From Candidatus Xenobia bacterium (GTDB taxonomy: Bacteria > Vulcanimicrobiota > Xenobia > Xenobiales > QWHO01), in assembly GCA_045863235.1 (NCBI GenBank), contig BTUM01000030.1, positions 17,543-81,542 on the forward strand: a stretch of 64,000 nt of DNA, written 5' to 3'. Position 1 is the stretch's first letter; each line of letters starts with the position of its first letter. The notes below the pieces were generated by a model that saw only the letters and a program-made list of their open reading frames with translations, searched no databases and had not been told where the DNA came from. Position numbers and translations under genes: made by a program. Of the stretch, positions 17,934-26,873 are shown in pieces.

Positions 17934-18026
17934 TTCGAGAGTCGACGTCGAGCCCGGAGAATTCGAGTGCGGCGGTTTGCGGCCGGACCAGGAAGCGCAG
18001 CCAGAAACCTCTAGCCGCTTCGGGAC

Positions 18027-18332
18027 TCAGGCCTTGGGCACGGTGCGGAAGTGCACCACGATGCCCAGCAACACGCCGATGGGCAGGCCCAGCGTGGCCA
18101 GGCCGATCACCAGGGCCACGAAGACGTAGTGGCGCGACTCGGCGTCGTAGGGCAGGGCAAAGGCCAGCAACACCGCCACCAGTGCGCTCAACCCCACACC
18201 CGCCGCTGCGCCTTGCATGCCTCGCAACCAGATCATCCAGGGCGAGGCGGGACGGGAAAGGATCTGCTTTTGCAGGCCAAAGGCCATCAGCGCGCACAGG
18301 GCCACCAGCAGGAGCGTCTGAGCCAGCACCAT
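18027..18332 (-). CDS. Small hypothetical membrane protein
   Basis: Three hydrophobic segments; co-oriented just downstream of aspartate kinase. Confidence 0.7.
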   Translation of the reverse strand: MVLAQTLLLVALCALMAFGLQKQILSRPASPWMIWLRGMQGAAAGVGLSALVAVLLAFALPYDAESRHYVFVALVIGLATLGLPIGVLLGIVVHFRTVPKA

Positions 18333-18344
18333 CCAGGATAGTTA

Positions 18345-19553
18345 CTACGCCGACAGCCCGAACTCCTCATGCAGGGCCCGCACGGCCGAGGAAAGCTGCT
18401 CCTCGGGCACCAGGCAGGAGATGGTGATGTTGGAGTCGGTGGTGTGCAGCACCTGGACCCCGCTGCCCACCAGTGCTTTGAGCACCCGGGCCAGCACGCC
18501 CGGGGTGCCGCGCATCCCGGCTCCCACCACGCTCAGCTTGGCGCAGCCGGTCCGGGTGCGGTATTTGACCCGGAGGGCTTCGACGGCGGTGCGGGCGGCC
18601 TCTTCGCGCTCGCGTCGGAAGATGAAATAGAGCCGCTCGTCGCATGCATTGGACAGATCGATGTTGACCTGGGCCTCGGCCAGAGCCTGCAAGACTCGCA
18701 TGCGGTCGCGGTCGAGCGACTCGAGGGGCAGCTCCACTACCATCTGGGTGAGGTTGGTGACGTGGGCCACGCTGGTTACCACCCGGGTGCGCTCGAAGGC
18801 GTCCTTGGGCATGACCTGGGAGAGAAAGGTGCCGTAGCCATCCGAGAAGGTGTTCTTGATCCAGACCGGCACCCCGTGCTCGCTGGCCAGGTCCACCGCT
18901 CGGGGGTGGACCACCTTGGCCCCCTCGCCGGCCAGCTCTCCCATCTCCTCGAAGTTCAGCTGGGGCAGGATCTGAGCCTGATCGAAGAGGCGCGGGTCGG
19001 CCGTCAGCACGCCCTCGACATCGGTGTAGATCTCGACGAACTCGGCCTTGAGGGCGGCTCCCAGCGCCACCGCGGTGGTGTCGCTGCCGCCTCTCCCCAG
19101 CGTGGTTGTCTCCAGCGCGGCCGTGGCCCCCTGAAAGCCTGCCACCACGGCGATGACGCCCTGCTGCAACAGGTGGCGCACGCGGGTGGGATTGATGCTC
19201 AGAATGGCAGCCTCGCCGTGCTCCCCATTGGTCAGGATGCCCGCCTGCAGACCGGTCAGGGCGCGAGCGGAGTAGCCCCGATCGCGCAGATGCTGAGCCA
19301 TGACCACGCAGGCGATGTTCTCGCCGCAGGCCATCAGCATGTCCAGCTCGCGTCGGTCTGGCTGGGGGCTCTGCTCGAGCAGTGCCAGCAGGCTGTCGGT
19401 CGCGTAGGGCTGGGGTTTGCGGCCCATGGCGCTGATGACCACGCAGGCCGCCAGTCCCCGGTCCAGGGCGCTGACGATCTTCTGGCAGACCAGATCGCGG
19501 CTCTCGGGTGAGGCCACCGAGGTGCCCCCGAACTTCTGCACCACCACACGCAT
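18345..19553 (-). CDS. lysC: Aspartate kinase (DapG/LysC type)
   Basis: VQKFGGTSV, TTLGRGGSDTTA, IYTDVEGVLTADPR and C-terminal ACT domains. Confidence 0.93.
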   Translation of the reverse strand: MRVVVQKFGGTSVASPESRDLVCQKIVSALDRGLAACVVISAMGRKPQPYATDSLLALLEQSPQPDRRELDMLMACGENIACVVMAQHLRDRGYSARALTGLQAGILTNGEHGEAAILSINPTRVRHLLQQGVIAVVAGFQGATAALETTTLGRGGSDTTAVALGAALKAEFVEIYTDVEGVLTADPRLFDQAQILPQLNFEEMGELAGEGAKVVHPRAVDLASEHGVPVWIKNTFSDGYGTFLSQVMPKDAFERTRVVTSVAHVTNLTQMVVELPLESLDRDRMRVLQALAEAQVNIDLSNACDERLYFIFRREREEAARTAVEALRVKYRTRTGCAKLSVVGAGMRGTPGVLARVLKALVGSGVQVLHTTDSNITISCLVPEEQLSSAVRALHEEFGLSA

Positions 19554-19575
19554 GCTCTGCGGCCGTTCGGTTCAG

Positions 19576-19607
19576 GAAATGAAGAAGCCTCCCGGTTCGG
19601 GAGGCTT
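19576..19607 (-). terminator. Probable intrinsic terminator
   Basis: Stem AAGCCTCCCG/CGGGAGGCTT (19585-19607) followed on the minus strand by CTTCATTTC. Confidence 0.6.
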
Positions 19608-19622
19608 GATCAGCCTGTGATG

Positions 19623-20153
19623 CTAGCCCTGGGTTGGCGGCTGCTCCGGCTCGGGAGCCGGGGCGGGAGGTGCCGGCGGCGCCGGCGGAGTGTCCTGCAC
19701 TCCCGTGATCTGCTGTCCCACCGCCTGCAGCATCGAGCCGAAGCTGGCCCGGTCGTTGGCGTTGCCCTCGGCCACCGCGGCGCGCACACCGGCGCCGATC
19801 AGGGTCGCGCAGCTCACCAGCGCCACCGGGAAGGCCACCGCCGGAGGCAGGTAGCCGAACGAGCTGGCCAGCAGCGCCCCCGTGCCCACCGCCGCCGAGG
19901 CAAAGCGGGTAATGTTGGCAGTCTTCGCATTCTCGCGATAGACGGTCTCTTCGCCTCGCACGCGCGCCAGCACCTCGCCCAGCGTGGGCTCCTGGTAGCG
20001 CTCCATGCTCTGGAGGAAGAAGCTCGTGTCGGCCTGGCCCTGGGCCACCGTGTCCGCGAAGGGAATGGGAGGATTGTTCTGCAGCGTGGTCTGATAGCTC
20101 TGGGCCCGCTCGATCAGCTGGCTGCGAGGAACCTGGGCGAGAGTGGCGTTCAT
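19623..20153 (-). CDS. Hypothetical membrane protein with Pro-rich tail
   Basis: GGAGG RBS, two TM segments and a terminator directly downstream. Confidence 0.75.
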   Translation of the reverse strand: MNATLAQVPRSQLIERAQSYQTTLQNNPPIPFADTVAQGQADTSFFLQSMERYQEPTLGEVLARVRGEETVYRENAKTANITRFASAAVGTGALLASSFGYLPPAVAFPVALVSCATLIGAGVRAAVAEGNANDRASFGSMLQAVGQQITGVQDTPPAPPAPPAPAPEPEQPPTQG

Positions 20154-20264
20154 GGGAGATCCTCCGGTCTTGCTTAGCGGTCTCGCATCAGCATACCGTC
20201 ACCAGCCCTCTGCGGGTGAGAACAGCATGTTACCTTTGCGTTACGCTGGCGGACCGGCCCCGCT

Positions 20265-20649
20265 CCGAGCCCCACAGCGGGCGGTGGGGATCCCCACTCT
20301 GGGCCGTGGGGCAGCCGACCCGGCCCGAGCCCCACAGCGGGCGGTGGGGATCCCCACTCTGGGCCGTGGGGCAGCCGGCCCGGCCCGAGCCCCACAGCGG
20401 GCGGTGGGGATCCCCACCCTGGGCGGTGGGGCAGCCGGCCCGAGCCCCACAGCGACCCTGGGCGGTGGGGCAGTCGGCCCGGCCCGAGCCCCACAGCGAC
20501 CCTGGGCGGTGGGGCAGCTGTCCCGGCCCGAGCCCCACAGCGGCCCTGGGCGGTGGGGCAGCCGACCCGGCCCGAGCCCCACAGCGGGCCGTGGGGCAGC
20601 CGGCCCGCCCCGAGCCCCACAGCGGCCCTGGGCCCCGAGCCCCACAGCG
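20265..20649. repeat. Modular palindromic REP-like repeat array
   Basis: Nine exact copies of CCGAGCCCCACAGCG at 20265, 20325, 20385, 20440, 20484, 20528, 20572, 20610 and 20635, with GTGGGGC...GCCCCAC hairpins and three GTGGGGATCCCCAC palindromes. Confidence 0.92.
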
Positions 20650-20671
20650 GCGCGAGCCGGCCAGCCCCGCT

Positions 20672-21541
20672 TCAGCCGCCCGCGAGCTCCTCCAGCTTGC
20701 CTTGGAGCGTATCCAAGCACCGCTCGGACTCCACTTCCTCGGTGCTCAAGCGGATGATCGGGACGCCGATCTGCTGGGCGCGATCACGGTCGCCGCGCGG
20801 GTCGTGGCCGGTGCCATCGACCTCCAGCACGAACCAGAGGATGCGGCCGCGCAGGGCTGCCTTGACCAGGAAGTCCACCGTCGGGGTGCGCTGCTTGAGC
20901 CCCTCCCCTGTGGGGACGCGGACTAGAACCTGCATGCTCACCTGCGGGATCAAGAGCAGCTGCCAATCGCCCAGCGCGAGCTCCAGGGCGGGAACGCGCA
21001 GGTCGCCCACCATCAGCCCGGTAGCCGGATCCACGACGGGCCGCAAGCGAAAGCCAGCGCGAAGAGCGCTCGCCCGCACGCTGCGCGCTCCCGCGGAAAG
21101 CAAGCGCAGGTCCAAGAGCGCTTCCTCGGCCGAGCCGCAAGCGGCGCGGGCCAGGAAGCGGCTGATCTGAGCCCGATCGCGACGCCGTGCGAGCCAATCC
21201 TCGAGACAGGCGACGGCTTGGGGCCAGCGATCCCGGGCTGCAGCCAGGCGGACCGACATCGGACGGTCGCTCGGCGGGTGGTAGCGCATGGAGCTCGAGG
21301 CCAGAGTGGCCGTGTCCGCGCGACCTCGAGCGCACTCGGTAGGTCGAGCCCACTGCACGCGGAGCACCCGCGCCAGGCGGGACTGCTCCTCGGCGCCGGG
21401 CAAGCGCCGCAGGTTCTCCCAATCAGCCACGCGGCGCCCGTCGGCGCCCACCGCCCGGCCCAGCTCCTTCTGGGTCAGGCCTCTGGCTTTGCGTTGTTTG
21501 CGAAGAAAGCTCCCGGTCATGGTGGGTAACATCATACCCAT
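20672..21541 (-). CDS. XRE-family HTH fused to a DUF559/Vsr-like PD-(D/E)xK endonuclease domain
   Basis: LRKQRKARGLTQKELGRAVG...VADWENLRRLP; C-terminal PTVDFLV...LEVDGTGHDPRGDRDR...GVPIIRLSTEEV. Confidence 0.78.
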   Translation of the reverse strand: MGMMLPTMTGSFLRKQRKARGLTQKELGRAVGADGRRVADWENLRRLPGAEEQSRLARVLRVQWARPTECARGRADTATLASSSMRYHPPSDRPMSVRLAAARDRWPQAVACLEDWLARRRDRAQISRFLARAACGSAEEALLDLRLLSAGARSVRASALRAGFRLRPVVDPATGLMVGDLRVPALELALGDWQLLLIPQVSMQVLVRVPTGEGLKQRTPTVDFLVKAALRGRILWFVLEVDGTGHDPRGDRDRAQQIGVPIIRLSTEEVESERCLDTLQGKLEELAGG

Positions 21542-21636
21542 AGCTTAGCTGCGTGAACGCGAGCAAAGGCAGGTCAGGTTGTTGCCGCCTCGTTGCCAGA
21601 GTGTAAGAACGGTATGAACAAAGAATGAACGCAGGC

Positions 21637-22683
21637 TCAGTAGCGGATTGTGGTCTCGTTGCTCCAGCCGGGCGGATCCACGCGGATCTCGCCTTTGCCC
21701 AGCGTGATGGTGGTTTCCTGAGCGAACACCCCGGAGGGCCGCACGCGGATCACGTTGCCGTCGCGCACAATACTCGTCTCGTTGGCCCAGCCCTCCGGAT
21801 CGACCCGCGATTGACCCGGGCCGTGCGTGATCACGGTGGTGTTGCCGAACCCGGGCGGGTCGACCACGGTACGCCCCTCCGAAAGCCGGATCGTGACTGT
21901 GTTGCCGATGCCGCTGGGATCGACCTGCACCTGGTCGGAACTGCGGGTGAGCACGATCTCGTTGGCCCAGCCGGTCCGGTCGATCACCGTGCGACCCTGG
22001 GCGTCGCGGGTTACCGAGGTGCCGTTGCCCCAGCCGGCCGGATCGATCGAGATGCGGCAACCGTCCTGGTCCAGCGAGGTGGAGTTGCTCCAGCCGGGCG
22101 GATCCACCGTCCAGCTGCTGCCGCTGCGGCTCACGTCGGTGGAGTTGCTCCAGCCGGGCGGGTCGATGTTGATCCTGCTGGCCTCGGCAGGCACGTAGGG
22201 GCCGTTCTCAATCCGGTCGCTGACCAGCACCAGGTTCTCGTTCAGGTCGTAGAACAGCCCGTCGCCCAGGTAGACGCCCACGGCGTGGTAGTCGTTGTCC
22301 ACCGTGCGGGTGACGTCCTGGCCATCCGGGCCCTTCTCGGTCACGGTGTGGGTGCCCCGCATCACGTCCACCCGGTGCACCCCCTCGGGGATGACCTCCA
22401 CGGTGAAATCGCCGGTGGCCTGGTAGTGCTGGCTGACGCAGGTGACCGCCGGGGGAGGCGCGGCTCCAAGCTGGGGAGCGCACCCCAGCAGGCCCAGACC
22501 CACCAGCCCCAGAGCCAGTCCGGCGGCCACGCGCAGCCCGGTCCTTTTCGAGCCCTCGCTCGAGGGCGCGGCGACCGGGGCGGGTCCCACGTAGGCGTCG
22601 GCTGGACCGGCGGCCACCGCGGGGCTGCCGGGAGGCGCTTTGTAGGCCAGCTGGGACGAGGCGGAAAGCGGTGGAATCTGCAT
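21637..22683 (-). CDS. Membrane-anchored protein with nine ~20-aa DPxGWxN beta repeats
   Basis: ATG 22683 behind GAGGAGG; hydrophobic segment ending LLGC; repeats such as IDPPGWSNST, VDPPGFGNTT and VDPEGWANET. Confidence 0.8.
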   Translation of the reverse strand: MQIPPLSASSQLAYKAPPGSPAVAAGPADAYVGPAPVAAPSSEGSKRTGLRVAAGLALGLVGLGLLGCAPQLGAAPPPAVTCVSQHYQATGDFTVEVIPEGVHRVDVMRGTHTVTEKGPDGQDVTRTVDNDYHAVGVYLGDGLFYDLNENLVLVSDRIENGPYVPAEASRINIDPPGWSNSTDVSRSGSSWTVDPPGWSNSTSLDQDGCRISIDPAGWGNGTSVTRDAQGRTVIDRTGWANEIVLTRSSDQVQVDPSGIGNTVTIRLSEGRTVVDPPGFGNTTVITHGPGQSRVDPEGWANETSIVRDGNVIRVRPSGVFAQETTITLGKGEIRVDPPGWSNETTIRY

Positions 22684-22701
22684 AGCGCCCCTATCCTCCT
22701 C

Positions 22702-22725
22702 GGAAGGCATGAAAAATTCCTGATA
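22702..22725 (-). promoter_or_regulatory. Putative regulator site TATCA-N6-TTTCA-TGCCTTCC
   Basis: Second copy of the motif at 5622-5644, at a similar distance from the start codon. Confidence 0.45.
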
Positions 22726-22740
22726 AGCGACAGGGCCAGC

Positions 22741-23292
22741 ATGCAGATCCTGCTGACCCTTCTCGTGTTGCTCGCCACCCAGGTGCCCCGCGAGGAGCGC
22801 ATCAAGAAAGCACTCGTCGAGGGGGCCCGCACCCGCCTGGGCGACGCTTACGACTCGGACTACTACGCCAACGGTTATCCGCCCAAAGGCAAGAGCGCCT
22901 GCGTGGACGTGCTCTACTTCGCCTGCCAGCGGGTCAGCCTCGACCTGCAAAACGAGGTCGACAAAGACATCCAGCGCCGCCCGGACCTTTATCCCAGCAT
23001 CCGCGACCGGGCCATCAACCACCGCTGGGCCCCCAACCTGATCGTCTATTTCCGGCGCCACTGGCACGTGCTGCCCAACGATAGCCAGTGGGAAAAGGGC
23101 GACGTGGTCTTCTGGAGCCTGACCGACGACGGGGTGGCCGACCACTGCGGGCTGGTCACCAACCCGCCCTTCGTGATCCACCAGTTTCCCCCGCTGTGCG
23201 CCGAGCATCCCGTGCTGCTGGGCTGGAAAGTGATGGGCCATTTCCGCCATCCCGAGGCAGGGTCGAGCCGCGCCAAACCGAAGGGCAGGTGA
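22741..23292 (+). CDS. DUF1287 family protein (NlpC/P60-like)
   Basis: YDSDYYANGYPP...ACVDV, DLQNEVDKDI, INHRWAPNL and GDVVFW...DHCGLV, with a signal-like N-terminus. Confidence 0.85.
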   Translation: MQILLTLLVLLATQVPREERIKKALVEGARTRLGDAYDSDYYANGYPPKGKSACVDVLYFACQRVSLDLQNEVDKDIQRRPDLYPSIRDRAINHRWAPNLIVYFRRHWHVLPNDSQWEKGDVVFWSLTDDGVADHCGLVTNPPFVIHQFPPLCAEHPVLLGWKVMGHFRHPEAGSSRAKPKGR

Positions 23293-23314
23293 GCTTACCA
23301 GGAGGATTCGTCCC

Positions 23315-24196
23315 GTGTCCAACGCGCCATTCGGCCGTCTGCTGACCGCCATGGTCACCCCTTTCACCCCCAGCCTCGAGGTGGATTACGATCGCGCCGT
23401 CGAGCTGGCCCGCAAGCTCATTGCCGACGGCAATGACGGGCTGATCGTGGCAGGCACCACGGGCGAGTCTCCCACCCTGAGCAAGGCCGAGAAGCTCGAG
23501 CTGTTCAAGCGGGTCAAGCAAGCCGTGGGCAAGGACATTCCCATCGTGGCCGGCACAGGCTCCTATGCCACCCAGGCCACCATCGAGCTGAGCCAGGCCG
23601 CCGCCGAGACGGGCGTGGACGGCCTCCTGCTGGTGGCGCCCTACTACAACAAGCCCCCTCAAGAGGGCATGTTCTTGCACTTCCAGGCCATCGCCAGAGC
23701 CACCAGGCTTCCTATCATGCTGTACAACATCCCGGGCCGCACCGGCATCGAGCTCCTGCCCGAGACCCTGGCCCGGCTGGGCGAGATCCCCTCGATCCAG
23801 GCGGTCAAGCAGTCCCTGCCCAGCCTGGACCCGATCAACGAGCTGGCCATCCGCTCTGACCTGGCTCAGTACAGCGGCGACGACGGCAACACTCTGCCCA
23901 TCCTGGCCCTGGGCGGTGTGGGCGTGGTGAGCGTGGCCGGCCACGTGGCCGCCGGGCTCATCAAGCGCCAGATCGAAGCCTTCTTCGCCGGTCAGGTGGC
24001 CGAGGCCGCCCGCCTGCAGCGCCAGCTCTATCCTCTCTTCACGGGTCTGTTCAAGACCAGCAACCCCATCCTGGTCAAAGCGGCTCTCAAGAAACTGGGC
24101 TTCCCCGTGGGAGGCCTGCGGCCCCCGCTGATCGAGGCCACCCCCGAGCAGGAGCAGGCCCTGGATAAAGTGCTGGCCGTCACCACCGCCGCTTGA
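23315..24196 (+). CDS. dapA: 4-hydroxy-tetrahydrodipicolinate synthase
   Basis: TAMVTPF, GTTGESPTL, PYYNKP and LYNIPGRTG. Confidence 0.96.
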   Translation: MSNAPFGRLLTAMVTPFTPSLEVDYDRAVELARKLIADGNDGLIVAGTTGESPTLSKAEKLELFKRVKQAVGKDIPIVAGTGSYATQATIELSQAAAETGVDGLLLVAPYYNKPPQEGMFLHFQAIARATRLPIMLYNIPGRTGIELLPETLARLGEIPSIQAVKQSLPSLDPINELAIRSDLAQYSGDDGNTLPILALGGVGVVSVAGHVAAGLIKRQIEAFFAGQVAEAARLQRQLYPLFTGLFKTSNPILVKAALKKLGFPVGGLRPPLIEATPEQEQALDKVLAVTTAA

Positions 24197-25485
24197 GCGC
24201 CATCCAGGTCCGTCCTCTTCAGGAGCCCTGGGAGAGCCGCCTGAACGTCCCGGGGGACAAGTCCATCTCCCACCGGGCCCTGATGCTGGCGGCCATGAGC
24301 GACGGGCCGTGCCGCCTGAGCGACCTCTCGCAGGGCAAGGACGTGCAGAGCACCCTGCGCTGCCTCAAGCAGATGGGGATCACGGCTCGCCGCGACCGGG
24401 CGGACCTGCTCCTGACCGGCTGGGGCAACCGCTGGCAAGAGCCCGACCGGGTGCTCGACTGCGGCAACTCGGGCACCAGCATGCGCCTGCTCACGGGCAT
24501 CCTGGCCGGTTGCCCCGGTCTTTGCGTGCTGAGCGGCGACGCATCGCTGCGCAATCGACCGATGGGGCGGGTGCTGGAGCCCCTGCTCGAGATGGGGGCC
24601 CGGGTCCGAGGGCGCCAGGGCAATCGCTTCGCCCCCCTCGTCGTGGAAGGCACCGAGCTGCAGGGCATCTACCACAAGCTCCGGGTGGCCAGCGCCCAGG
24701 TCAAGTCGTGCATCCTGCTGGCCGGCCTCAAGGCGGGCGGCACCACCGTGCTGGAAGAGCCCCAGCAGAGCCGCGACCACACCGAGCGCATGCTCAGTCA
24801 CCTGGGGGTGCGCATCACCCGCGACGAGAACCGTCTCCACCTGAGCCCCGCGGAGCGGATCCCGGCCTTCGACTGCCGGGTTCCCGGCGACGTCTCCTCG
24901 GCGGCCTTTCTGGTCACGGCCGCGGTCATCAGCCCCGGGGCCCGGGTGCTCATCGACGACGTGGGGCTCAATCCCACCCGCACCGCCTACCTGGATTTGT
25001 TGCGCCAGATGGGCGCCCGAATCACCACTCGGGTGACCCGCACCGATCTGGGCGAGCCGGTGGGCAGTATCGAGGCGCTGGGCTCGGAGCTGGTGGGCAT
25101 GCAGGTGCCCGAGTCGGAGATTCCGGGCGCCATCGACGAACTGCCCCTCCTGGCCGTGGCCGCCAGCCAGGCAAAGGGGACGACGCTGGTGCGCGGCGCG
25201 GCCGAGCTGCGCGTCAAGGAGTCGGACCGCATCCACTCCACCGTCACCGAGCTGCGCAAGCTCGGAGCCGAAGTGGAGGAGTTCGAGGACGGCTTTGCGG
25301 TGCACGGGCCCACCCCCCTGAAGGGCGCCACGGTGGAGTGCCACCACGACCATCGGCTGGAGATGAGCCTGGCCGTGGCTGGCCTGGTTGCCCGCGGCAA
25401 GACCCGCATCCAGGGCACGGGCTGGGCGGCCATCTCCTTCCCGAGCTTCTGGGAGAGCTTCCCGGGCCCCTGGCAAGAGCTTTGA
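24193..25485 (+). CDS. aroA: 3-phosphoshikimate 1-carboxyvinyltransferase
   Basis: PGDKSISHRA, DCGNSGTSMRL, ASAQVKS, RDHTERML, LRVKESDRI and DHRLEM. Confidence 0.97.
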   Translation: MSAIQVRPLQEPWESRLNVPGDKSISHRALMLAAMSDGPCRLSDLSQGKDVQSTLRCLKQMGITARRDRADLLLTGWGNRWQEPDRVLDCGNSGTSMRLLTGILAGCPGLCVLSGDASLRNRPMGRVLEPLLEMGARVRGRQGNRFAPLVVEGTELQGIYHKLRVASAQVKSCILLAGLKAGGTTVLEEPQQSRDHTERMLSHLGVRITRDENRLHLSPAERIPAFDCRVPGDVSSAAFLVTAAVISPGARVLIDDVGLNPTRTAYLDLLRQMGARITTRVTRTDLGEPVGSIEALGSELVGMQVPESEIPGAIDELPLLAVAASQAKGTTLVRGAAELRVKESDRIHSTVTELRKLGAEVEEFEDGFAVHGPTPLKGATVECHHDHRLEMSLAVAGLVARGKTRIQGTGWAAISFPSFWESFPGPWQEL

Positions 25486-26279
25486 CCCGCAGCGTCTGGT
25501 TGCTGGGGCGACCGGTTGCCCACTCGGTCTCCCCCGCCATGCACCAGGCCGCCTACCAGGCGCTGGGGGAGGACCTGGTCTACCTGGCCGCCGAGGTGGG
25601 ACCGGAGGATCTGCCCACGGTGCTCGACGGGCTTCTGAAACTGCAGGCTTTGGGGATCAACCTGACCATCCCCCTCAAGCAGGCGGTGCTTCCTCTGCTC
25701 AAGCGGCTGGATCGGCGCGCCCGTGAGCTGGGCGCGGTCAACTGCCTGCGGCCCTGCGACGGGGGCTGGGAAGGGACCAACACCGACGCCGACGGCTGGC
25801 TCGACAGCTGGCGCGAGGAGGTGGGCCAGCCACTGGAAGGCCGCCGGGCCATCGTCCTGGGCTGGGGCGGGGCGGCCCGGGCGGTGGGCACCCTGCTGCA
25901 AGAGCAGGGCGCGCGGCTGCAGGTGCTGCTGCGCGATCCAACCCGGCTGAAGGACTCGGCCTCGTTGCAGGAGCTGGCAACCTATCTCGAGCCCGGGGCG
26001 ATCGTGCTCAACGCCACTCCGGTGGGCACGCAGAGCGAGCAGAGCCCGGTCCGGTGGCCCGACGAGGTGCCCCAGAACCTGGTGGCCTGCGACCTGGTCT
26101 ACAATCCACAGCAGACCCGCTTCCTGCTCGACGCGCGCCAAAGGGGCTGTGCCACCCTGGGCGGGCTGGGGATGCTGGTGCACCAGGCCAGGCGGGCGAT
26201 CGAGTGGTGGACCGGTAAACCGGCCGACTGTGCTGCGGTGATGCGCCGGGCCGCCGAGGCTCAGCTCAGCTCGATGTAG
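25482..26279 (+). CDS. aroE: Shikimate dehydrogenase
   Basis: PVAHSVSPAMH, GINLTIPLK, GAVNC, GTNTDADG, NATPVG, DLVYNP and GLGMLVHQA. TTG start overlaps the aroA stop. Confidence 0.93.
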   Translation: MTRSVWLLGRPVAHSVSPAMHQAAYQALGEDLVYLAAEVGPEDLPTVLDGLLKLQALGINLTIPLKQAVLPLLKRLDRRARELGAVNCLRPCDGGWEGTNTDADGWLDSWREEVGQPLEGRRAIVLGWGGAARAVGTLLQEQGARLQVLLRDPTRLKDSASLQELATYLEPGAIVLNATPVGTQSEQSPVRWPDEVPQNLVACDLVYNPQQTRFLLDARQRGCATLGGLGMLVHQARRAIEWWTGKPADCAAVMRRAAEAQLSSM

Positions 26280-26815
26280 CGGTTGCTCAGCTCGTCGAGG
26301 ATCTTGTGACGGGCGTTCAATAGCTCGTGGATCTTGCGGGCCGCCGTCATGGGGGTGAGATGGGTGGTGTTGATGCGGATCTTGACCTGGTCGTAGATCC
26401 GCTTTCGCTCCTGCATCAAGAGCTCGACCCGGTCGCGCAGCTCGCCTCGCAGCATGGGGCGCTTGTCGGTGCGCTCGAGCCGTCCCACCAGGTCTTCTTG
26501 CCCGGTGTAGAGGCAGATCAACAATCCATTCTTCTGGAACAGGTCGAACGTGTCGGGGTCGACGATGGTGCCGCCTCCGGTAGCGATCACCCGGTTGGTC
26601 AGGTCGGCCACCTCGCGGGCAAGCTCCTTTTCGTGCTGGCGGAAGAACTCTTCCCCGTGGGTATCGAAGATCTCGTTCACGGTCATGCCCAGGCGCCGCT
26701 CGAGCTCGAGATCGATGTCCAGGAACTTGCGCCCGGTGACCTTGGCCAGCTCACGCCCGATGGTGGTCTTGCCCGTGCCCATGAAGCCCACCAGATAGAT
26801 ATTCCGCCGTTTCAC
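26261..26815 (-). CDS. aroK: Shikimate kinase
   Basis: NIYLVGFMGTGKTTIG, GEEFFR, VIATGGG and RPML. Confidence 0.95.
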   Translation of the reverse strand: MKRRNIYLVGFMGTGKTTIGRELAKVTGRKFLDIDLELERRLGMTVNEIFDTHGEEFFRQHEKELAREVADLTNRVIATGGGTIVDPDTFDLFQKNGLLICLYTGQEDLVGRLERTDKRPMLRGELRDRVELLMQERKRIYDQVKIRINTTHLTPMTAARKIHELLNARHKILDELSNRYIELS

Positions 26816-26873
26816 GCCAGAAAGCTTCGCCTCACGAGGGGCCCGCTCCCCTCTCCACGAAGGCCCGATCGCC

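Noticed and set aside
20265..20649. CRISPR or TIGR-like guide array
   Set aside because: The intervening sequences are near-identical modules of unequal length, not unique spacers, and there are no cas or Nop-domain genes.
20143..20926. Several ORFs across the repeat array
   Set aside because: Low-complexity translations in multiple frames on both strands, as expected for GC-rich repeats lacking stops.
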